Assembly: GCA_039621445.1 (NCBI GenBank)
Contig: CP154954.1
Location: forward strand, 3,539,715 to 3,603,714
Direction of reading: 5' to 3'
Length of the DNA: 64,000 bases
Origin: Euglena gracilis
Lineage: Eukaryota
The position numbers were made by a program, and so were the translations under genes. Below the pieces are notes generated by a model, which saw only the letters and a list, made by a program, of their open reading frames with translations, was not told where the DNA came from and made no database searches. This document shows, in pieces, positions 34,715 to 45,655 of this stretch (the first letter of the stretch is position 1; each line of letters starts with the position of its first letter).

Positions 34715-36985
34715 CTCTTTTCTGGGAATTCACTTGGATTTTCTGGCTTCAGCGCTTCAAAATACCACTTTTTTGTAATCCTTCCGCCGGAACTTCCACC
34801 AGTAAAACTGAATGCAAGGCATCAAAACAAAGTCTTCCAAGACGTTTTGAACAAGGTATTCAGCTTATTTTATTTTACCACCTACAAAGTGAAATGGCAA
34901 TTTTTTGGTTGAATTAGGCTTTGCTCTTCCTAATTTTTGCTGTAGCCAGCCGCCCTCCCACACACCCCTCCCAGGCCAATGCCGACAACGTACAAAATTA
35001 GGCGGCTGGCATTGATCTAGGGTTTTTGGTCTGAGGGTGGTTTTTTTTGGGGGGGGGGCGCTGTCACGGACGTAATGTACAACAAAAACCAATTAAAGCG
35101 TAAAGCAGCTGCTGCCAGCAATCCCAGCAAATACAACACAAATCCATGACCCCCCTTGCCCGCTCCAGGGACGCCTGGGACGCATTTGGGACGCCATCTT
35201 AGGAACCTGCGGTTTCCCCCCAAAAACCACAAGTTATCCCAGAAGGCCCCCCAGAAGCCCAGACCGGCTCAAGTTTCCAAATGTGAATGCCAAGGCTGGG
35301 CCCCCTAGAAGCGGCACCCACAAATTGGAAAGGCCAAGAACCAACAATTTTCAAAATCCAAAATTGACATTGAAATTTTGACAATTGATTCTGCATATCT
35401 TTTTTTTTTTGACATGGACATGTTGAACTTTCCTCTGCCCAAATTGTGTGCATTGATCCGAGCCGAATCAGGTACCATTGACTGCCCAAAGGATTTGCAA
35501 CACAAATGGACAATTGAAACTGATTTGCACAGTGTGTGGTGTGGCATAAGGGGCTGCTGGGCCCAAAAATGCTAAAGCATTTGCCTCCCAACCCATCACA
35601 ACAGTACATAACTTTGGGACTGGAAATGACATGTGCATTTTGCCTGGTGTGTCCTGGGGCTGCTGGGCCCAAATTTGCTTTTGGAAAGTGCCTCCCAACC
35701 CAAAATGGTGTGGCAAAAGGGGCTGTGTGGCCCGAACTTTCCATACCTTGAACATGAACACCTTGACTTAACTGAATACCTTGAGTTTTCTGAGATGTCT
35801 CTTTTCTGGAAATTCACTTGGATTTTCTGGCTTCAGCGCTTCAAAATACCACTTTTTTGTAATCCTTCCGCTGGAACTTCCACTAGTAAAAGCGAATGCA
35901 AGTGTGGGCGGCGGGAGGCGGCCTGGCGCCTGCGCACTGGAATTAGCGAATATTATACGCCATTCCGCTACTTTTTTTACCTTTGTACTCCCCCCCCCCC
36001 AGGTTCTCTCTTCCGAATGTTTCATTCAAAGAATTGTGCATGCTGAATGAAGAAGAATCAAAATATCAATCTGATTTCAATAAAACAATTGTCCAAGAAA
36101 TTCAAAAAAGTCAATCCGGAAGGTAAAGAAAAAGGGGAAACCAAGGCAGCAATTCAAATTCAAAAAAGAAGGGCAACCGGCGCTGGGAAGCAAGGTGAAG
36201 GTGATCTTCCGCCCCCCCCTCTACCCTTTTTTTAAATTCAACCCAGGCTTTTCCTCCCCCCCCCTCCTACTGCTTCCGAGGCACCCCCAAGGAGTTGGCC
36301 AAACATACCGTTCCCCCCCCCCCATTTTTTGAATTATTTGGCTGCCGGAACCCAGGTTCTGGCTGAATTCAGGGACCGAAAGACACAAAAAAAAAGGAAT
36401 TTTTGGGGCGCGTGTGCCTATTTTACCGGAGCGCCGGGTGACTGTTTTCCCCCACTCGGCCTGACGGGGAGCCCATTCCGCGCACGGTCACCGAACCGGT
36501 GAGAGGGGAAAACTGGTAGCAGAGGTTGATTCCCGAGGAAGGGGAGTGTGGCCGGTTCGAGGCCGGCCAACTCCCCCGAGCGAACACGGGCGGACCACGT
36601 GGCGGTAATCGGGCGACAGCCCAGGGTCGAGACCGGAGAAGGCCCTGCAGGCGGCACGCCTTATTATCGCCACCGGTACCCGAGTGGATCTGGCACTCGG
36701 CTGTGGTCCCAAAGATCCCGGTTCGAGTCCCGGCGGGCACCCCCAAGGGGGTAAAAAGAAATGCCCGACCGGAGAGAAAGAGAATTCGATCCTACGCCCC
36801 AGGCAACAGAACTAAAGGCATCAAAACAAAGTCTTCCAAGACGTTTTGAACAAGATATTCAGCTTATTGCCACCTACAAAGTGAAATGGCAACTTTTGCT
36901 GTGAATTAAGCTTCGCTCTTCCTAATTTTTGCTGTAGCCAGCCGCCCTCCCACACACCGCTCCCAGGCCAATACCGACAACCTAC
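34715..36985 (+). repeat. Local direct duplication (~34715-34990 and ~35797-36985); the second copy is split by a ~0.9-kb insert (~35902-36815)
   Basis: GAATGCAAG|GCATCAAAACAAAGTCTTCC is contiguous at ~34810 but separated in the second copy. Confidence 0.85.
36421..36756 (+). ncRNA. Candidate structured RNA or tRNA-related SINE-like element with a degenerate tRNA-His-like module (36676-36740)
   Basis: Several 7-14-bp helices, two GGTTCGA T-loops, a GTG anticodon-like loop, a terminal hairpin and an A-rich tail. There is no evidence of expression. Confidence 0.5.
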
Positions 36986-37531
36986 GAAGAAGGGTTTTAA
37001 GAACAAGTTGCCACACTTCAAGTTACAAGGTTCAAGGTCCAGGTGTTTTGCTTGAAAGTTGAGTACGTCGAAAGAAAAGTTAATGAACAGCTTGAGCAGA
37101 GTTTGAGGAGGTGCTTCAGAAGTTCATCGTGCTGTGCTGCAGAAGTTATTGGTACCTTGGTTCCGTTTATGTTTCAGCTGTGTTTTGCCTTGCCCAAATC
37201 TGGAAAAAAAAATCTTTCAAACTGATTTTGTTTTGTCAAACCAGCAACTGCAACATTCACCCCCCTCCCCATTTTTGTGCCGCATATTGGAGGCCACACC
37301 TTTGCCACATAGGGGGAAACATTTTGGGTCCAGCTTGTTGGCACATTTTGGGGACATTTTGGTGCACATCTTGGCGGCAGTTTGGTGCCACAGCTGGGAA
37401 CCAAGTCCGGACCGGGGGAGAAGGAAAACAAAGGAATAATAATGCAGCAGAATACCACCTGTGGAGAGAGAAGGGGCACCCATTAGGAAATCCTAATAGG
37501 ATGTTCCTCCATCCTAACTCCCTCATCGGGC

Positions 37532-37559
37532 ACACTTTCTGAGTGTCTATTTTTTTTCG
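37532..37559 (+). other. Euglena spliced-leader exon copy, probably the 5' end of a retrocopied trans-spliced mRNA
   Basis: ACACTTTCTGAGTGTCTATTTTTTTTCG matches the Euglena SL as recalled. It is followed by TTCGCATATC-ATG rather than the GT of an SL RNA intron. Confidence 0.88.
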
Positions 37560-37887
37560 TTCGCATATCATGTCGGACAACTGAAAGCCCCTGGTGGGGT
37601 TCAAGCTTTCAACTACCTGAAGTTACAACTTACAACTCAAGTCATTGAAATATTGAAGCTGCCTTGACAGAAGCACAAGTTCAACACAGAAGTACAAATT
37701 CGAGATACAGTACAGCAAAGACAATTACTGGAGCTGTATGGAGCAGTGAAGTGGTTCATCTCCTTGCGGCTGTTGCAGGAGCACACCATCCTCTGCTACA
37801 CCAGTTGGCTGGAAGCAGTGCCTCTGTTTCACTTTACTTTGCCGTACCATCTGTGCTGTAACGTAGCGACCACTGTCCCACCCTGCA

Positions 37888-38645
37888 CTGTGGCCCCAGG
37901 GCCTTCTGAACACTCCAGAGATGTGGCCCCAGGGCCCCCGACTTTTGCCATGATGATCCCAGATTTTGCCCCAGGGCCCAACAGATTTCAAGCCAAAAAG
38001 AACACTTACACAGAAAAGTTTTTCAGAGCTGTGGCCCCAGGGCCCAAGGCCTTTGCCATGATGCTCCCAGATTTTGCCCCAGTGCTCAACACATTACAAA
38101 TGAAAATGGACACTGGCACAGGAAAGTTTTTCAGAGACGTCTCCCCAGGGCCCCAGGCAGAGTTTTCCCCAGGGCTCAACAGATTTCAAGTCCAAATGGA
38201 CACTGGCACAGGACAGTTTTTCGGAGATGTGGCCCCAGGGCACAAGACTTTTGCCATGTTGCTCCCAAATTTTTCCCCGGGGCTCAACACATTTCAATGG
38301 ACACTGGCACAAAAAAGTTTCTCAGAGATATGGCCCCAGAGCCCAAGGCTTTTGCCAGGATGCTCCCAGATTTTGCCCCAGGGCTCAACACATTTCAAGT
38401 CAAAACGGACACCTGCACAGGAAAGTTTTTCAGAGATGTGGCTCCAGGACCCCAGGCAGATTTTGCCCCAGGGGTCAACACATTTCAAATCAAAATGGAC
38501 ACGGGCACAGAAAAGTTTTTCAAAGATGTGGGCTCAGGACCCCAGGCTTTTGCCATGATGCTCCCAGACTTTGCCCCAGGGCTCAACACATTTCAAGTCA
38601 AAATGGACACTTGCGAAGGAAAGGTTTTAGGAGAAGTGGCCCCTC
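37888..38645 (+). repeat. Tandem 108/90-bp repeat array, largely open (DVAPGPQAFAMMLPDFAPGLNTFQVKMDTGTGKFFR units)
   Basis: Unit spacings counted as 108, 108, 90, 101, 108, 90 and 108 bp. Confidence 0.9.
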
Positions 38646-38683
38646 GAATAACAACTGGGACAAACGTTAAAACACCCTACCAG

Positions 38684-38854
38684 CAAGGTTCCCGGGCTGT
38701 TTTTAAACAAGTTGTTTAAAACAGGGTTTTTTCCTATTTGTGGTGTTTTATTTAAAAAAGCACCCCTTTTTAAAACGAAAAACCGTTTTTAAACCGTTTT
38801 TTATTCATGAAAGTTTTTTTTGCTTTGTTTTAAAACAAAAAAACGGGAACCTTG
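38684..38854. mobile_element. 171-bp hAT-type MITE with perfect 8-bp TSD
   Basis: Perfect 11-bp TIR CAAGGTTCCCG. TSD CCTACCAG at 38676-38683 and 38855-38862. Confidence 0.93.
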
Positions 38855-38862
38855 CCTACCAG

Positions 38863-40291
38863 GGAGGACAGGATCTGTTCTCCTGCGGGGACGTCCCCAC
38901 GCACCCTGGACCGACGCATCACTCCAGAACAGACCACACGCACAGCCCGAACGTCTGGCTGGGGAGAGGAAGCATCCTCACCTGTGGTGACGTGGAACAA
39001 ATCCTGGGCCCACCGGGAAAGACGCCCCGAGTACGGCCACGGGAAGAAAACAATGCTGAACCGCAACAGGGCACAGATGATCAAATCACCGCCACATTCA
39101 CTGATTTAGCACACCCGGCAGGACCACCATTGGGGAGCACAGTTGCTGCAACAGTCACAAATGCGGCAGGCAATGCCTCCAACTTGCGAAGCTTACCCGA
39201 CCAACCCTTAGCATGCAACATGAGGGCCCCTTTCCCCATCCTGGAAGGGCTTCAAACGCCGGCTTCAACCATCCGACACCTCCCAGTCTCGACCCAACAA
39301 GCCTTCACCACAGTCTTCTCATGGGCACTACAAAGATACACGACACAACCAACGGAGGAGTCCCTATTCGGGGTTCTAGCCCTGCCGAAATGAACCCTGA
39401 GAGCTGTCAAACTCAAGGGGAAGTTCTCAAGAGACATTCTTGAAAGCACAATTCTCCAACGCCTCCACAGACAAGGAGGATGGGCAGAACTGACAAGTAG
39501 CTTGCTAGAGGGAATTCAGCAGCGCACAACAAACAGGAACAGAGGCCCGCTCCCAAAAAAAAGATCCGGGAGGACCCCTCTTGTGCAAAAAACCGAAATC
39601 TCTTGACCAGCATCCGGCGTCTGGTACAGAGTAGGAGAAGGGGCGGCGCGAAAAGCCATCCAGGTCCTACAGAGCAAAGGAACGCAAGACGTGCGAGACC
39701 CACGGGTACTTCAGAAATTGCAAGACTTACACCCAAAAGCAGACCGCCCAATTGTCACGCGCCCACCACCTGAAACCCTGAACAAATCACATGACGCAGC
39801 AGTTTCGTCAAGCATGGTGAAAGACGGTGCCTCAAATTCAACCGCACCAACGCGCCAGGACCCTCTGGTCTCCGCATCAGCCACCTCCAAGACTGCCTTT
39901 GCCGCCCGGGCAATGGGGCTCTCCTGCAACAACCCCTAACGGACTTCTGCATCAAGTGGGACAAAGGTGTATCCCGCAACCGCATTCCCCCATTTGGTGC
40001 TCAGCCTCACTGACAGCACTCACCAAAGAAGGAGGAGGGACACGACCAATTGCCGTCGGGGAAACACCGAGTAGAGTCGCCGGAAAAACAATCCTGAAGC
40101 ACCCGCAAGTCCGCAATGAATTGGAATCATTCCTACCAACACAATTGGGACTGGGAGTACCAAATGCTACAGAGTTCATCACGCAAGGTGTACAACACAT
40201 TGTACAAGCACTTCAAGAATCCTCCAATTGGGCGCTCTTGCAGGTGGACTTTCGCAACGCCTTCAACAATTCGCACAGAACCCAAATGTGA
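38863..40291 (+). mobile_element. Degenerate CRE/SLACS-clade-like non-LTR retrotransposon fragment (N-terminal region to RT domain 3)
   Basis: TIRHLP..LALPK, APGPSGLRISHL, LTALTKEGGGTRPIAVGE..R..K, QLGLG and LQVDFRNAFN. It contains stops and frameshifts and is truncated at the 3' end. Confidence 0.85.
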
Positions 40292-43200
40292 ATGAACCCC
40301 AGTGCGATTAAAATTTTAACTCTCACATGGTGGGGGCTGAAAATTAAAATTTAAGACTCACGAGGGGGGGCTGAAAATTTAAATTTTCAGTCTCACGGCA
40401 GGGGGGGGGGAAATTGATATCCGCAATTTTTCCGCAATTTCCGCAATTTTCCGCAATTTGCGCAATTTTCCGCAATTTTCCGCATTTTTTCCGCAATTTC
40501 CGCAATTTTTCCGCAATTTTCCACCATTTTTTTGAAGAATTTTTTCCCCACCACCGAAGATGGATGATGCAATGAGTTCAAGCCATTCTTCAAATGGATC
40601 AACAGGTGTGCTATTGTGTTTTGTTGTCCCCCCTCACTTTACCAATTTTTCTCACAGGTGCACCACTGGTCACAGGATTGGGTGCGTCCCACCCGTGCAA
40701 AGAACATCAAGCGTGTTGATTTGTGCTCGCCTGCATCGACGTGGGTGTTGCGGTGTTCTGAACCTCACAATTGAAAATTTTCTAAGTCCCCCCAAGCTGA
40801 AAATTCATGTGGAACAAAACCAGTTAGGTGTGGCAACAAAACGGTTCCCAGAAGTTGCACAAAACTGGCCAAAAGATGTGGTGCCAAAACTGGCCTCATA
40901 TGTGGTACCAGACTGGTGCCAAGATGTTGCCCGAAAACTGGCCCCCACATGTGAATCTGAATCAAACAGTTGTAAAGCAAATCATAATGACCCAGATGAC
41001 CATTACGTTGTAAACAAAATGGACAAACAAACAAAAAACCTTCGAGTTTCAAGGCACAGCAACCATAGTGGGCCGACCTGTTTTTATTTGAAGTTGTTTT
41101 CTTTGTTTTTTTTTTAATTCTAACAATGTTTTTATTTCAAAAAAAACAAAAAAAAAGCCTAGTGGGTTTTTAATGTAAAAAATTTTGAATGCACATTTTA
41201 AATGATTTTTAGCAACTTCTAGGTAATTTCTTCCAAAAACTTCCTTCCACAAAAATGAAAAAGTCTTCTTGGTGTTGACTTGTCACTTGTAACTTGAAGT
41301 TGAAACTTGATGTTGATAACATATATGATAAACCTTCCACCTTGATTTGCTCGAAACTCAAACACTACCCACTAGAGGCTTTCGGTTGTCGGGATGTGAA
41401 TCAAGAAATGGACACACACACACACACACACATTGAAAAAAATTGGGGAGGAATAGGTGGAAAATTATCTTTCGTGGTTCTTTTTTCGTTCAGCGATCCA
41501 CAACCCCCCCCACCGTTATTGGAGGCTAGGCGCAGTGGGGGGGGGTGAGGGGGGGGGGGGCGAGCGGCTGCCGGCGGCCGCGGGGGGGGGGGGGTCCGAG
41601 GCCGGCCGCGCAGGCGGTGCGGGGCCATTTTCGGGTCAAAAAAGTGGTCATTTTTGGCCATTTTGGGCCATTTTTTTGCTCAAAAAAATGTCTTTTTCTT
41701 GGCTATGCTTGGCACAATGCGGGGGGGTGGTCGAGGGGGCGCGCAAGTTTCTGGAGAGATCCAGGATCTTTGGCGTGGCTGTAAAATTCATGACTGGTGC
41801 TTCTGGTGCTGTTGGAGAATGTTCGCACCCATGCATTGGCCGGAACATTCGGGCCACCGAGGTTTCGGTGGGGAATTGCGTCCCAGACGTAGAATAGTCC
41901 ATCTTCGATCTCCTGAACGCATGCCAGAATAGGAATGCACATGCCAAGGATTTCTGTCGTTTTCGTCATGTACGGGAGGAATACCTCCCGCTGCAGCGTT
42001 CCGCCGACCCGGCGCCGCAAGTGATCCTCCAGCCTCATATCTGCCGGGTGCCAAGCGGGACGCAAGTTGGTGAACGGATGACCTCTAATAGGGAAGGGAA
42101 ATTCCAGCGGCGGGCTATTCAACTCTGGCCTGTCGTCCAGGTTGTAACGGAGATGTATATGCACGTCTATAACGTAGGTGGTCCAAGCCCGCCACCAGAA
42201 CTGTTGCAGCATAAAATACGCTGCTTAACGGCACGTTGAATCTTGCGCCGGAAAAAAACAGGTGTGTCGCGCCACGCATTCATAAGCTTTTGGCGTCCCA
42301 CCTCCACTTTCGGGTTATCCCAAGGCGGTGGAGGTCGTCCGCGTACGCCGAATCCCCAGAAGTCGACAGAAAATTCCTGCCCACAAAACTTACACAAGGG
42401 GTCCTACCTCTGTGGGTAAGCCAGTGAAACGCGCAGGACGTGGAACGTCGAGCCGTAATGGCTCTCCAGCCACAGCTGGAGTTTTGCATCCAAAACACCT
42501 CGACCATGCGTTCAATGGCGGGGTGCAGTGAGTAGTATTCCCACTGTACTCCGAGGGGCCGATTGAATAAATACAACCGAAGTAGGCCTTCAATCTCCGA
42601 GCCAACACATTGTGGTCTCGGATCACGAACTGGTGCACGTAACTGCGACCATTGGAATCGGTTAAGAGACCCCAGTTTTAGCAATAGTATCCTAGATAAA
42701 AGCAGAGCTCCCAAAAACCGGGCTGGGCATCCAGCAAGGGTCTCTCGACTTGCACGTCACCTTCGAAGGCGTACAGATCAATCCCCTAAAGGAATTTTCT
42801 GGTTCTGTCCTCGGTGCGGTACAATACCGCATCAATGAGGGCATGTGGAGGAGTGACTGTATTTTTTTTTGCCACGTGGGATCCATCTTGCATGCGCTAG
42901 CCGTTACCCTCCAACTCCTCCTTGAACCTGAGCACATGCTCAAAAGTCCGAAGGGGCTTCCTCAGGTCCTTCCTCTTCCTCCTGCCTTCCGTGTCCCTTA
43001 CCTATGCCTTCACCTTTACCCTTGCTGGCCACGCCTTTGCGTTCTCCCTTGCCTATGCCCACTCCCTTGCCGGTTCCCCATCTGCCGAACACCTGTCGGG
43101 TACTCGGTGCGGCAGGAGTCCGGCTCGGTTCCTTCCCATTCAATCTCTGGTGAGGGACCCTGCCGGTCTGCTGCACACCAAGGTTGTGGGTTGCCTGGGC

Positions 43201-43529
43201 GTTGGCTGGGAGCCTGGCGTGGGCTTGGCGTCGGTGGTCGCAGTTTCTTCCATACCGGAGGGATTGGCGGCGGCATTATGGCCACCGGGTCGGCTGATCG
43301 CCTCCTGTGCCTCAGGCAGAGGAGTCCCATCCGGGGTATCCTGGCTTGTCTCCACCTGCATCCTGGCTTCTACACCTGGCTGCCGTGTCCTTGCCGTTCA
43401 ATCTGGCCTTTCTGGCCTTTCACTTGAGCCTGGCCACCAGGGCCTTGGATATAAATTCGGCCTCCATGGCCGGGGAATCCATTTATTGACGTTTGTATCC
43501 AGCTCCAGCTGAAATCTAGGGGGCTCTAA

Positions 43530-43960
43530 TCCCCCCCCCCTCTTCCCCTTGGTCGGGGGTGTGGCGTTATGGAAATTTGGTGCGTTTGACAGAACGTTTC
43601 TGCCCCTTCCGGGAGTAGCTGCTTGCAGAATTGGCCACCATGGCCCCTGAAGTCCCCCTCAGCTTTGATTCCATCTTCCCAGGTTCTGGCAATGTTGTGT
43701 TCTGGTTTCTTGGTCACCATTCTGGTATTTGGCCTCGGTATTGCATCTTGAACCATTCTTTATAATGTAATCGTCCAGTGAGACCCAAATTTGCAAGTAG
43801 TTGATTGGCTTGTTAGGCGGCATTAGTCTGGTCCGTGCTCATTTGGAAATTGAATTGGAATTTGTGGCTCTTCTTGAACCTTCTTCGTTCGAAGCTTGAC
43901 TCCTTTATCTGGTGTCGAATGACAAATTATTAATCCACCAACTCCGGCGGCAAAAGGCAA
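43530..43960 (-). mobile_element. Remnant of a further DIRS copy (inner left ITR plus probable gag start); the outer ITR piece is at 45620-45655
   Basis: 43905-43960 resembles 50400-50455 (TCTG..TGTCGAA..CCAACTCCGGCG..AAAGGCA). Confidence 0.55.
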
Positions 43961-45610
43961 TGGGGGTGGTGCGGGCCACGGGGGGGTCACGGGGGGGGGT
44001 CACGGGGTGGGGGGTCACGGGGGAAGTATGCCACTTTGGAGGTGGTCGGGAGGCAGCATCCATGTTGTTGCATGCAATCACGAGAAAGGCGGCACGCATC
44101 CTAAAATCGGTGATTATTGGGGTCCAAAAGAAATCATTTTTGGCCATTTTTGGCCCATTTTTGAACAAAAAAATGCCTTTTGGTTTGAAAGTGGTCATCT
44201 TGGGGTGACTTTTATGTCCAAAATTGGTCATTTTTTCATTTTTTTGAAAAGGATTTTTTCAGGATTTTCTTGACCGTTACATTTTTTGGGATGCATTTTG
44301 GGCCATTTTTGAAAAAAATGGCCCAAAATGGCTATTTTTGAAGGAAAAAAAATGGCCCAAAACGGCTATTTTTGAAGGGGGGGGAAGCCAAAAAATTCTG
44401 TTTTTGTTGCACAAATGCAGCAATTTCTGGCACTTTTTTTAGGGGACAAGATTTTTGGCCATTTTTGGGTGTGGAGGTGCGTGGGGCGTTGGGTGCCAAA
44501 AAGGGGGTTTGTTTTCCAAATGGAAGGTGGGGTGGGGACAATTATTTTCTGTTTTTTGGGGGGTTTTCTTCCACAAGAATTTCATGTTTCTCCCCCTTTT
44601 TGCGATTAAATTCTTTCCTACTTGCGCAATCTCCCTTTTGCCAATGTTTTGGGTCAAATTGGCCGCGAGCGAGAAATTGGTGATGGACTTTTTGGTGGGT
44701 CGCTAGCGACTAGTCGCCAGTGGCCATTGGTGGTCGGAGCGACTAGTCGCTCCGACCACCAATTTTAATTCCACCCCCACTTCGAAAAACTTTTTAAGCC
44801 CCCCCCTCGAAAAAAATTCATTCAAATTTGGAGGAAAATGACTGAAAACCCACCCAAATGCCTTCCAAAACCTCCATTCGGGGGTCAATTTACAAAAAAA
44901 TTGAGTAATTCTCTTTGCGCCTGTTCTGTGAAGCCATAGCGCAACTTTATCCTTACCTTGCACACATAAGACCGGAGCGCGACTCAGCCATCCTTGCCTT
45001 GCACACACAAGGTGATTGTGTTACTTTGGGCGGGGGTCCGGGGGGGGGCAGCAGCCCCCCCCCCCCCCGGAGGCGGCCATAGGGAGCGCGATTCGGCCAT
45101 CCTTGCCTTCCACACATTGCAAATTAACCCGGAAAATTAAACGTCGAATGGAGGTTTTGGAAGGCGTTTGGGTAAAAAATTTTGGTGGGGGCTTAAAATT
45201 TTTTTAGAGGAGGGTAAACTTAAAATTGGTGGTCGGCCCGACCACAATGGTCAGTAGACTTGGTCGCTAGCGACTGGTCTACCACCAAAAAGCGACCACC
45301 AAAAAGTCCATCACCAATTTCCGGCAATGAGCCGGTCAAATTCATACGGCAAAGAAGCGCCATTGTTTGGGTCGAAAAAATTTTCACCTCAAATCTTGGC
45401 ATTTCTTTCCATTTTTAGACGATGACAAGGCAAATTTTTGATGGTTTGAACAAGAAAATTGATGAAAACGACCAAAAACGCAATGAATGAAAGAAAGGCT
45501 GAAGTGATGAAGGTTGATGCATTGTATGAAAATTGAAGGCTCGATTCTCGGGTCACGGGCGGGTCACGGGGGGGTCACGGGGGGGGTCACGGGGGTAGCA
45601 CCCCCTCTAA
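43961..45610. mobile_element. Non-coding element with GGGTCACGGGG subterminal repeats; relatives at ~32930-33610, 57374-57690 and 59781-59900
   Basis: Long internal stretches are shared between copies. Ends GGGGGTGGTGC / GCACCCCCT. TSD not resolved. Confidence 0.6.
44673..45321. mobile_element. Nested MITE with 26-bp perfect TIR
   Basis: GAAATTGGTGATGGACTTTTTGGTGG at 44673-44698 and its reverse complement at 45296-45321. Confidence 0.85.
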
Positions 45611-45655
45611 GACGGGACATGTCTCGCAAGGACAAAGCGCGGAGCCTGAGGTGTC

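Noticed and set aside
36676-36740. Functional tRNA-His gene
   Set aside because: The D arm is shortened, the anticodon and T stems have mismatches, and there is no oligo-T terminator. Kept only as tRNA-like.
37532-37660. SL RNA gene or SL-5S repeat unit
   Set aside because: There is no GT donor after the exon, no recognisable Sm site, and no 5S sequence or tandem unit.
37786-37803. CCATCCTCTGCTA, resembling the tRNA-iMet 3' end
   Set aside because: The match is interrupted before CCA and has no adjacent LTR or tRNA body, so it may be chance.
32595-38645. CRISPR-like arrays (32595-32840, 37888-38645)
   Set aside because: These are tandem units without unique spacers, with no cas genes, in a eukaryotic context.
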